The notes beneath the pieces were generated by a model. It searched no databases. It saw nothing but the letters and a program-made list of their open reading frames with translations, and was not told the DNA's origin. The position numbers were made by a program, and so were the translations under genes. From Proteromonas lacertae (Eukaryota), in contig NGBS01000293.1 of assembly GCA_002245135.1 (NCBI GenBank), forward strand, positions 1 through 64,000: a stretch of 64,000 nucleotides of DNA. The letters run 5' to 3'. Positions 1 through 12,113 of this stretch are shown here, piece after piece. Numbering within the stretch: the stretch's first letter is position 1; every line of letters begins with the position of its first letter.

Positions 1-907
1 GTGATAAAGCAATGAATAATTTAGTTGAAATATTAAATCCTAGTATATTTCCTAATTTAAATAAAATCAATTTATCTTATAACAGTTTTACAATGATAGG
101 ATTTAATACATTAATAAAACCACATTTCACAATTACATATTTCCTGATTTAACTTATATAGATTTACATAGTAATATTATAAATAATTAATCTTTTATTG
201 TATTAATAGATAATGAAATAACTGAATATGGATGGTATAATTTTATTCCCAAACATGGTTGTTTTGAGAATCTTGCTTATCTAAACATCTCCTGTATTTC
301 TTAATTTTATTTAATATATATTTATATTAGCAACTAATTTAAAAGATAGAGGATGCGAATGTATATTGCATTTATTAGAAGAAAATGAACTACCAAACTT
401 AGAAGAATTGTATGTTGATTGTATGTATTTGAGAATAATCGTATAAAAATAATAGATAATAATATAACTGATATTGGAGTAGAAATACTCTGTGATGGTT
501 TTTCATTGGGAAATAGTTATTCAATCTGTGTATTATCATTAGTTGGAAATAGAATCTGTGATCCAGGTGTTTCAATATTAAGTGATATTTGTATAGAAGG
601 ATTATTACCAAATCTGAGAAAATTGAATTTAGGTGAGAATAAGATTTCCAATGAAGGAGCAATAAAATTATGTGAATATTTAGAAAGTAATAATAGTAAT
701 ACATTAGAAGAATTGTATTTAAACGATAATTCAATTGGTTATGCTGGAGGTAAAATAATAAAAGATTGTTTAATGAAAGGTGGAGGATATTATTTAAATA
801 ATATTGTTTTACATCGAAATTTATTAACACCAACAATGTTAAATCGATTAAAAGAAGCAATAATGATGAGAAGAAGAGGTTTCTCAGTAGAAGAAACAGA
901 ATTATAA
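1..907 (+). CDS. RNI-like leucine-rich repeat protein, 5'-partial, multi-exon
   Basis: Repeats such as LRKLNLGENKISNEGAIKL and LEELYLNDNSIGYAGG. Introns at 171-209, 294-330 and 421-455. Apparent 1-nt frameshift near 125-135. Stop at 905-907. Confidence 0.8.
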
Positions 908-965
908 AATTTAAAACAATTACCGAAAATATATTCGTTTCATTTATTTATTTTTGTTTGATAAA

Positions 966-1230
966 ATGCCAACAACTCATATTTGTCTTGATAATATCAG
1001 ATCATTTGAATTAATTCACTTTGATATATCTCCTGATGGTGTTCATTGTTTAGTTGGAGGAAAGAATGGTATTGCTTCTTACTTAATGACTTGATCTAGT
1101 GTTAAATTACATTGAATTTGAAAGTAACAGTAACTGGAAAATAAAAGATAGAAAAATCTCTACGAGCCTCTAAAAGACAAACAAATAACAAGTATTTGTG
1201 ATATAAAATGGAATCCAAATGATAGTATGA

Positions 1231-1267
<37 letters not shown>

Positions 1268-2893
1268 TATGGATGTATAGATTCTGTAGTAGCAACTGCT
1301 AGTCACTCAGGACAAATAATATTTTGGAATGTTCATTTATCTGGTTCAAACTATGGTTCAAATATATGTAAAGATAATTGTGATAATGTAGCCTGTATAA
1401 AATGGTGTAATAGTGATATAAATATATTATATACAGGATGTAGAAATGGTCAAATCTACAGCTTTGATAAAAGAAATCTATCAAGTAATTTAATCTATTG
1501 TAATAAATATAACAATTGCATTAGAACCATTGAAACTGATCCATTTAATAGTAATAATATAATATATGGAACAGATGATGGAATAGTGATGATATTTGAT
1601 ATTCGAATGAATAAAGATAGTGGTTTTGAGAATAAAAGTCATAATGGTCCAACATTATGTATAAAACACAGTAAAATAAATCCCAATATAATAGCAACTG
1701 GTGGAAGAGATAAAACTGTAAATGTATGAATAGTAATTTAATATTATTATTTAGATATGGATGTGAGTGATTTTAGTAATTTTAAAAGAATAAATACATT
1801 ATATGCTGAGAATAGTGTAATATCGATGGATTGGAGACCAAACTATGAAAGTATTAATATTTATAATATCAATAATAATAATGAATAGATCAAATAGCGA
1901 TAGGTTCAATGTTATCACCAGATACACATATTTGGGATACAAGACAAAAATATCGATTCTGAATATATAATTGAAACAAATCGATTTAAATCAACTGAAT
2001 TGAAATGGACTGGAATTCCAGGTGATTCAAATAATAAAAGTAAAGAAGATTATATAATAAATATTGGTGAAAGTGGAAATTCATTAGAAGTAAGCAAGAT
2101 AACTGAATCATTATCTGTGAAGAGTATTCTACCAATGAATTGTTTGTATTATGATAAATCAAACAATCTCTATAATTATAATGAAGAAAAAGATAGAGAT
2201 AACACAATTAGAACAAGAAGTGCAGTATGTGAGAATATAAAGATATATGAATTGGATAGAGAATTGATAGGTTTACCAGAAATAGAAACAATAAAATATT
2301 TAGTGAATAATTATAAAATAGGAAATACAATAGAAATATTAAATCACAATAGTAAAATAGCTGAGAAAGTGAATCGAAATGATATAAGTGAATGTTGGTC
2401 AATATTAATATCAATAATTCCATTAAAATGTGAGATATTCAATGAAAAAGAAAGATTAGATTTAATAAAAGAGTTGATATTGTATTATATAGAAGAAAGT
2501 GATATATTTCATTATATATTTATAGTGTTGTGTTTTCAAGATTATTGTCTTAAAATATTTAATAAAGAAATATTAGAGAATTGGTATAGTGAATTTATAG
2601 ATTTGTTAAGATCATTAAATCTTCATACTGAAGCTACAAGAATGTGTTCTTTGGATGTAAAACCAAATCTATTTGGAAGAAATCATGATCATGAACAATC
2701 CAGTAGAATTGATCAAGTAAAAGGGAAGACAATATGTATGTTTTGTCATTTACCAGTAATTGGTATTTATATTTGGTGTAGTGTATGTCATCATGGTGGT
2801 CATATGAAACATTTTACTAAATGGTTTGAAGATAATGATAAATGTCCTGAATGTGATCATGTATGTAGAAATATGATGAAAATAACATCTTAA
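966..2893 (+). CDS. WDR24: GATOR2/SEA complex subunit WDR24 (Sea2/Rtc1)-like: WD40 repeats plus C-terminal RING/Zn domain
   Basis: WD40 motifs (DIKWNP, ATASHSGQIIFWN, ATGGRDK, WRPNYENQIA). C-terminal CMFCHLPVIGIYIWCSVCHHGGHMKHFTKWF...CPECDHVC matches the WDR24 C-terminus. Several short introns. Two apparent 1-nt frameshifts (~1152, ~1945-1960) next to A5 runs. Confidence 0.8.
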
Positions 2894-2998
2894 TGTATTT
2901 ATATGTTGTGTAATAATTGTGTTTTATGAATTGTAATAAATAAAGCCGTTTCTATTTTTCATTTTAGATTTTAAAATCTTTGATTTTCTTAATTACAG

Positions 2999-3273
2999 AT
3001 GTCTTCAGAAGCTTCACAAAATAGGTATTGAGTTATGTTATATTTACATATAGTTGGCCAGATTTAGTTGGTCATGATGCTGATGAAGTAGTAAGACTAA
3101 TCAAAGAACAAAACCCATCTTTGAATGTAGTGAAATTAGGTGAAGTATGTTATTAAAAGAATGATATTTAAATTAAATAGAATCAACCAGCTACAATGGA
3201 TTATCGTATGGACAGAGTTCGAGTAGTATTTGATAGTGCCAATAAGGTAGTAATTCCACCAACAGTTGGATAG
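2999..3273 (+). CDS. Potato inhibitor I family (MEROPS I13) serine protease inhibitor, 3 exons; absent from the ORF track
   Basis: Removing introns 3025-3053 and 3145-3180 gives MSSEASQNSWPDLVGHDADEVVRLIKEQNPSLNVVKLGENQPATMDYRMDRVRVVFDSANKVVIPPTVG*, with the hallmark WPxLVG, TMDYRxDRVRV and PxVG motifs. Confidence 0.92.
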
Positions 3274-3570
3274 ATTGAATGAATAATTATGTTTTAGTGA
3301 AATAATAATAGTTATGAGAAATTCATAATTTTATTTCGTTATAGAAGAATTTCATCATCATAATATAAAATAAATAATCATATATTCTATTAAAGAAATG
3401 ATAACTAAAGTGTTAATTGTAGAAATAACACTTTAACTTACTATTCAAAATTCTCACTAGTTAAATAATATATAAAAAAATAATTCATTCTTCTTTATGT
3501 GCAAACTATGGTGAGTTATGTAAAATAAAAATTCAAGCTTAAGCTTGCTCATTTTCTATTTTTTGTAAAT

Positions 3571-6500
3571 ATGGATAATATAGAGACTTTAGTGATTTAT
3601 TATATTGATGAATTAATTAAAATTAGTGAATGTAGCCCAAACCAAAATCAATTTACTAATATGCTTTGGTCTATGAGTAAAGATGACTTAAATAGAACAT
3701 TTAGTGTATTAAACAGATATGGAATGTGGAGAAAATTCCAATATCTTGCGAGATGTTTAATTCCTATCCTATATGCAAAGATTGTCTTACTTCAACAATA
3801 TAATACTGGTTTATGTAATGAATGTGCTGAAGCATTGATTATGTTGTTAAAATATCCAATAATAGACTCAGAAGTTTTGATTAGTGTTAATTTTATTAGT
3901 TATTTGTTTTCAATAATAAGAACATAGTATAAATAATATATTATGTAATGTATAGTGTAAATAATAAACAAATGGATGAATATATAAAAAAGTTGATAAT
4001 TTTGACAATGCAAAGATTACCTTTATACCAACAAAATAAATTATATTCAGCTATGTACATAGTATATTTTGATGTTATATATATATGAAATAGAGATACT
4101 TTAATTCATCACCATTGGTGGATTTATTCTATTTACAACCTCAAAAATCACATTATCCAAATGGATTATATGGTTCTGCACTTGAAGATCGTATTTTCAT
4201 ACATACAATACCATGCGATGATGATAATATAGCTTATTTTGAAGGATGTTATTTAATGACAAATGAAGTAATAAAAGGTAGAATAAAAAAATCTACTCGT
4301 TATGGTTATGAAGGTAAATTTGACCATAATTCCAAAAGTTTATTGGAAGTAAAAGAAAATGGTGATAAATTGATATTTCATGAAAAGTATAATCAATATA
4401 TTGTTATATATTTGAACAATAGTAAAAGAGATACTGGAAATGAGAAAGAAAGATCAACAATTGAAATACCAATAATATATAATCATTATAATGATCATAG
4501 AGTTGGTATTAAGAATGCAAATGCACCTGGAGTTCAAAATGCATGTTATATGATTAGTGCGTTACAGGCATTATACCATTCTAATGAAATATTAGAATTA
4601 TCATACATAGTAAATACTTCAAATGATTGTATAGTAATGTTATTATTTGAATAGTTATAAAGAATATATTTATTGTTCTTCATGAATTAGATATAGGATA
4701 TTCAAGTGTATTACCGAATAATATAATCGAAAGTCTTAAAAATATAAATGGGGGTGATAGATTTACAAAGAATAATCAACAAGATTCATCAGAATTTATT
4801 CAATTTTTAGTTTCTGATGTTTTACCTTCAACATGTAAAGAAATATCTTCATTATTATGTAGTAATGTTTGTCAATCAGTGTATTGTATGGAATGTGGGA
4901 ATATGAGGAGTAATGATGCGAATGAACAATACATATTTGATAGTAGTTTACCAAAGAATTTTTTTCCAATATATGATGTAATTGTCTTGAGTTTTGTATA
5001 TCTTAATTATGAATATATATATATTATAAATAGGAAGAAATAAAAAATAGATTGACTATTATGAACAATAATAGCAATAATAATAAAGAATATCTCGATG
5101 TTTGTAGTTCATTTTATGAAAAAGATGTATAATATTAACAATGATTTATAAAATACTAGATAAAAGAAGCATTATGTGTATTAAGAAGTAAAGAAAAAAA
5201 AGAAAAGTATTTAACATATATTGGTGATAAAAGAAAGCATAAGAGTGATATAGAGATTAGATTTAATGGTAAAACAATCTATTGTAGTTATAAAAATGAT
5301 GAAGAACCAATTACAGATTTAATTGTTTTAGAGAATAATAATGTAACTCCAAATGGTTATGAATATTCATGTGAATTACATGATTATGTATAACTATTAA
5401 CATTAATGTTATTATTTATAGATGTATTTATATTATAAAAAGAATTATCCAATAATACCAAATTGTTTAACAGAAAATGAAATATCAAAAGAATATTATA
5501 GAAAGCAGAATATATACAATCAAAACAAGAATATAAAATACTCAAAAATCCCATCAGACATTAAAATATTACATAAACAGAAAGATGTTCTACCTGGATA
5601 TGAAATAGTGAATTACAATCAAATGTATGTTATTATGTATAGATTATAATATTATAGTCTTCCTCTTCAATGTGGTGTTGAATATTATTTTAGTTTTGAT
5701 AGAAAGAATCGAATTAGATTTGATAAGCCATGTAGAATATATGAAATCTGTTTTAATTATTATGATAATAATATCAAGACAATGGAGAATTATACAGGTG
5801 TATTTGGTATATCAGGTGATGAAGATAATTATGGTTTTAGTTTTTCAAATGTGAATGGTAAATGTAATGGATTATTATTTGAATTTCAAAATAATAGAAA
5901 TTTATTGCATATTCATAAATTGAATTATGATAGTGTTGCAAGTATTTCTTTTAAATCAATATTTCCACTATCACTCAATAATGAAACTTCGTCAATTTAT
6001 GAATCTTATTCTGTACCTAATATCAGAATAGATATTACAAAATGTAAATATTCATCAATTGGATATATCGGTTATTATATGAACAAAATGATTGCTAGTA
6101 TAAATAATATATTTATTAAATAGTAATTGACAATAATGATAATAAAAACTTAACAGTTGATTATTATGAAAAAGGAAATATATATTCTTATAATTATTTG
6201 AAAGAAAACACAAATGAGAAACATAAATTAGATGTTTATTCACCATCTAATGAATTAATAGGGAGTTTAAAGATGAAAGATATAGAAATGTATCAAGTGA
6301 AATATATTGACAATAAATATTTGTTTATGAACAGATATTATGAATATGTTAGTAAAAGTTACTCATTGGAAGATATCATCACATCATGCTTGTATGATAT
6401 AGAAAATAGTGAAAGAGAATGTAAAAGATGTAAAAAAAACACTTTATCATATGTTTGTATATATTTTTAGTAATATTTACATCTATATATTTTAGATTCA

Positions 6501-7143
6501 AATATGTTTGTATCAGATAATATGCCTCAATATTTATTAGTGAATATAGAATCTGTAATTCCAGGTGATATGAATAAGTTAACAAGAGTATATACTATAT
6601 TAATCGTTTTTATCAAAATAGTTTATCAATTTAACAACAAATGTGAATTTAAGTAATAATCATAATCAAACATATAAGTATGATTTATATGGTGTGATTT
6701 TGCATTGTGGTACTTATGAAGCTGGTCATTATACATGTTATTTTAGAAGAAGTAATAGTAGAAATATGGAACAATATGATGATGAAAATAATCCTTGGTA
6801 TTACTGCAATGATGATAGAACAGAGAAGTCTTCATGGGGAAGAATTATAAAAGAATTATTATTTACTCCTTTAACAACAATCAAAATGGTATTTCTGAGT
6901 AAACATAATGATTTTAATGAATGTGATCATAATGGTTTAAATTATATTCAGCCGATGAATAAATCACTTAGATTAGAAGAATATGAAAAGTATTATCCTG
7001 AAGATTTAGTTGGTTATGATGAATATTTTGCTGATCATCCATATCCTTCACAAATTCCTTTACTCTCTGTAACTTATCCTCCAGTTCCATCAACCAATGT
7101 TGTTAGATGTCTCAAATGTAGTAAGTATTTTTATCCATTTTAA
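3571..7143 (+). CDS. Ubiquitin-specific protease (peptidase C19), multi-exon, with a long insertion between the Cys and His boxes
   Basis: Cys box GIKN...NACYMISALQAL, QQDSSEF, His box YDLYGVILHCGTYEAGHYTCY, and WYYCNDD. Exons join in frame through short GT-AG introns. Confidence 0.85.
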
Positions 7144-7176
7144 ATCAAAACATAAAAATATAAAATACGATTAAGT

Positions 7177-8302
7177 TTAATTATTCCATGTTCTACAATC
7201 TGGGAAAGGTGTTGGTTTATTCTTTAATATCTTTTCAATCTATAAAAATGAAATAAATAATTGAATATACATCTTCCATTACTTCTTTTGTTAATTTTGG
7301 TAATACTTCAAGACATTTGATATTTTCTTCAAGCTGTTCTACTTTTGAAGCTCCAAGTAACATTACACTCACATTTTCATTCTTTAATACCCAAGCCAAA
7401 GCTAATTGAGCTTCACTACATCCTATTTTATCACTTATCACCTTTAACTCTTTGCATAACTTCTGAACATCTTCAAATTTACCAAATCTTGTACCATCTA
7501 ATATTGAATCTTTTAATGATTTCATTTCACTTAAATTCAATCTACTTCCTTCAGGAATTCCATCATTATATTTACCTGTTAATACACCACTGGCTAAAGG
7601 TGACCAAATTGTTAAACCAAGTTTATCTGTTTCATACAAACGTAAATATTCTTTTTCTACCTTTTCACGATGAAGCATATTATATTGTGGTTGTTCAACT
7701 ATTGGACCAATTAATCCCAATCTCTTACTAATCTCTTAAACACAAGTCTATTAAGGAAAACTATCAAATTCATATTTTAAAAAAGATATTATTGCTTCTC
7801 TTACTTGTTCAGCACTCCATTCACTTGTTCCCCAATATAACGCCATTCCTTTGTTAATTACATAATGAAAACCTCTTACAGTTTCTTCCATCGGCGTATA
7901 CATATCAGGACGATGAGCATATACCACATCAACATAGTCTAATTGTAATCTTTTCAAAGACTCTGTTAATCCTTCAATTATATGTTTTCGAGATAAACCA
8001 AAGTCATTTGGATAACTTTCATCTTCAGTATTTCCCCAAAACAATTTGGTTGTAATTACATAACTACTTCGTCTTAAATTCAATCTCTTAAACACTTTTC
8101 CCATTATAGTTTCAGCTACACCTTTATTATACACTTCTGCATTATCAAAGAAATTTATTCCACTATCAATTGCTTTCTTTATTATCTTATACGCTAATTC
8201 TTCATCTACTTGACTTCCAAAACTTACCCACGCTCCATATCCAATTCTGGACACTTTCAACCCTGTATTACCTAAAAAGCAATATGGCATGCAATCAGAC
8301 AT
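7177..8302 (-). CDS. Aldo-keto reductase, voltage-gated K+ channel beta-subunit (Kv-beta/KAB1) type
   Basis: LGNTGLKVS, GINFFDNAEVY, TKLFWG, GLSRKHIIEG, YWGTSEWSA and WSPLASGVLTGKY motifs. Two short introns. Last exon IEKILKNKPTPFPDCRTWNN*. Confidence 0.93.
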
Positions 8303-8575
8303 GATTTTTGATAAAATATCTTTTTTCAAATCTATTATGAAATGTTTTTATTCAAAATACATTTTAATGATTCGAATATGACGAAAATGGTGTGAGATAT
8401 ATTTAAAAGAATAGATATGTCTGTTTAGATTGTTTTGTCACTACAGATGACAGAAGAAAATTAAGAGATTGAAGATCAAGATGTTACTTAATTAAATATT
8501 TATATTAAAACCATATTTTTCTACATAATTCAATTTACTTTATTTCCCATACATAACCCTCTAAAATCGAAAAAA

Positions 8576-8606
8576 AAACTCAAGCTTTATTCAAAAGCTT
8601 GAGTTT
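8576..8606. repeat. Perfect intergenic inverted repeat (13-bp stem, 5-nt loop)
   Basis: aaactcaagcttt-attca-aaagcttgagttt read directly from the sequence. Confidence 0.85.
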
Positions 8607-9181
8607 AATCATTTGAATTTCAGTGTAGAGGTTGTGTAAATGGTTGATAAAGCTAATAATTGTAATACAAATAGAAAGTTGGACTTACAATAAACAAATA
8701 CATAAGTATTTTTGCATTTTTTGTAGAATCTAAGTTGTATCATTCACATTTACAGGATGTAGAATGGAGAAGATTGAGTTCTTAAATATTTGAAAGAATG
8801 ATAATGTGTATTATAAGTTAAAGATATGTGATTTCAGAAAACAGAAAAGATTGTGATAGGAGAATATAATATACTATTAAACAGTTTTGAGGGAATAAAG
8901 GATTAGAATTGAATGAGAGAAGTGTAATATTATTACACATTTGTCATTACATTCTAATTCACACAATTCTTCAGGACTTTTAAAAGTTTATGTTGTATAT
9001 TCTTATTTTGTTCTTTTAGACACTGAAATCACATATGTTTATATTCTATACATTACCACTTTTCATATATTTAAACTCTGCAATTACTCATTCTATAATT
9101 GTGATTGATTTAGTTGTAATAAAGTAATATTTATATTTTTTTATTGTTATTAGAGGTATAAAAACATTTTAAAGTACTTTA

Positions 9182-11657
9182 TTAAATAATAAATAATAAA
9201 ATATATAAAACAACAACTAAAACCAATGAAGGAATAGCAAAATAGTGAATCTCATTCACTTCTCTTTTTTTTATGTAACAATCTTTCAATATCGAAAATG
9301 TAGTTGAGTTATTAATTCTATCTCTTCTACCAATTTTATATACCACATCTATTCTCACAGTTCCATTTAGTTTACATTTAAATTTTAATGTCAATTTTGA
9401 TGTTTTATCACTCAATTTCTTAACATGCAATATTGATCCACTTACTTTAACTTCACTAAATACTTTCATTGTTTGATATTGCATAAGGTTTATCGATCAC
9501 TTCATATTCTACTGATTTATTTGCTTAAAATGAATTAAAACCTTACTAATACGAATCTATTTTAAAAAAAGATATAACAAAATGATATGTTTTTTTATCA
9601 CAAATATATCTTATAAATTCTGGTTTTGGATTGGCTGAATAACAATCTTTCTGTACATAACCATTGTATACTACATAATCTTCATAGTAATCGTAATAAC
9701 ATGTATAATCTTGTAAATCTTGAAGATTAAAAGTTAAAAAAGAAATATAAAATATATATTGTAAAAATGATATAAAATGATTCGTTTTAACAGCATAAAA
9801 AAATATACCTTTTTTACAAACTAAACTAAATGTGATTGGAGTATCTTCTACTAACATCTCTATTATTATCTTATATTCACCATCTACTTTGCATATACAA
9901 TATATATTCATTTCTCCTCTTCTATTTTCTTTAGTTAATGTTATTCTTTCTTCTTCACTTCATAATTTACTAAACTTATTCCAGCTTCAAGACTATTATA
10001 ATATACTCCGGTTATAATTCTTGGGTGTGATATTACCAAATCTTCATCTCCTTCATTTTCTATATAATAACGAGATTTAATCTCATTTTTATTAACTAAA
10101 CCATCTTCAATCAAATAACCAGGTGATACTATTCCATTCTTTACTACATAACTATCAGATTTTGAATCTCCACAATCATATGAAGTTATAGTAATTGGAT
10201 ATTTTTTAGATAATTTACATTCTTTGTTATATTCAAAAGATAACTTAGGTAAAAAATCAATTGTTTTAGTTTTTGTAGATAATACATCAAACGACACTCT
10301 AACTCTTTTTATTCCATTTTCATTACATTTGTGATAAATTATTAACTTTTTATTGTCTTTTCCAATACTCATTATTTTGGATGATTCTCCTATTATTCTT
10401 ACATCCATAACATCGCCTGTTATTACTGGATATGTAATATTTGTTTTTCCAAAACGACTCTATTGATATAATATTTAAATATATTTAATACTCGAATATG
10501 CAAAATTAAATAAATTTGGTTACTTTCTAATGTTATAATTTTTTCATCATTCTTTGAATATGGAAATCTAACTACTCCATCGTTTACAATAACACTATAA
10601 AAAGCAAAATTACTTTCATCCATTACAACATCAAAACCAGGAAGTGGACCTACTCTATAATCTTTAATGAATGAAAATTCAATTCCATAATAATAACTAC
10701 ATCTAACAGTTACTTTATATCTTTTTATGGTTCACCTGAAAATATAATTCTAATTTCACTTATATTATCATCTCGATCATTATGTACATTCTCTATTTTT
10801 ATTTCATCATCATAGTTAAAATCCTTTAATTCACAACACATGTTATATAATACTTTACCACTTAATAATATGCTTGTTATTGAACCAACATTATCCATAT
10901 ATAAATCTTCATTAGAAGGATCAAAAATTGGATTAATTAAACCTTCATGTGAAATTGTATTATTATTAGCTTCATTATACTATTATCACTGTATAACATA
11001 ATAACAATACTATATATATATTCTCATCTCTCATATCAACAAAAGTACAACTCTTTATTACAAATAAATCAAATACAAAATTATATTTATCTTCTAATAT
11101 CAATGACATTAGGATTTTAACTGTTACTGTTACAGTATTTTTACATCCACAGTTAATTGAAAAAATACCTTTGTATTTATTATCTTTTACATTAGATATC
11201 TTATTTCTAGCAAATGGAATAACTGTAACATTCATTGCTTTAGGATATTCTTTTGCTTTTATATTAACTGTAAAACATTATGAAGGATGCATATAAATTT
11301 TTAAAGAATCAAATCAAAATGATATATTGGCTTAGTTTTACTGATCATCTCATAATAACAATCAAAATAAGATAATGTATCATAAATTTCATTCTTTGGA
11401 GGATAACTAAATTCATTTCTAGAAGAAAATAATAGAGCTGTATATACTCTACTAAAATACCTTCTGCAACTATGTTATCACTCTCATAACCATTACTGCA
11501 ATACATGTCCAGTTCAGTTGAAAGCTATGTATAGTTTGATTATCTAAAAAATATATACTAACTTTTGCCTATCTAGTCGAGATGATTTTGTGAATACACC
11601 ACCACAACTTTTAGTTAATAATATTATCACAATAACTTTAAATATTGATTTTATCAT
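9182..11657 (-). pseudogene. Frameshifted gene for a signal-peptide, C-terminal-TM (surface-type) protein
   Basis: Hydrophobic N-terminus MIKSIFKVIVIILLTKSCGG at 11657. Collinear ORF fragments broken by several frameshifts (e.g. ~10730, ~9945, ~9470) that GT-AG introns do not explain. Ends in hydrophobic YFAIPSLVLVVVLYILLFII. Confidence 0.55.
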
Positions 11658-12113
11658 TTTTGAAATTGTTGAAATAATGTTTAAACATTTTCATTTTTTC
11701 GTATTTTGAGAGTTTCAATGTGAAATATGTGATTTTTATATATATAAATTTAATATGTTTTGTAATGGAATGAATAAAATAGCTAATGGTGATATGATTT
11801 TAAATCTTAATAAATAACCAGATTTTGATAATAAAAATTAAAGAAAGCTTAGAATAGAATAATTATTATGATGTAATTCACCTTCCTGGTGATATCATTT
11901 AGAAGAATAAGAAAACTATCATGGAAATGAATTTATAGACAGAAAGCAAAGAAGTATTTGACATTTCAGAAGAGTTTTTAATAATGAAAATATTAATTCA
12001 ATAGCTACGTTTTAGTTGACTAGTTTTTGTCTAACCATAATCAAAATTGTTTTTTAATCTAATTGTTAAATTATATGCGTTACATTTGCTTGATTTGAGT
12101 TAATTTTTTGAGA

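Noticed and set aside
11760..12000. Purine-rich stretch resembling a decayed coding remnant
   Set aside because: It has multiple stops and no recognisable homology, so a call cannot be supported.
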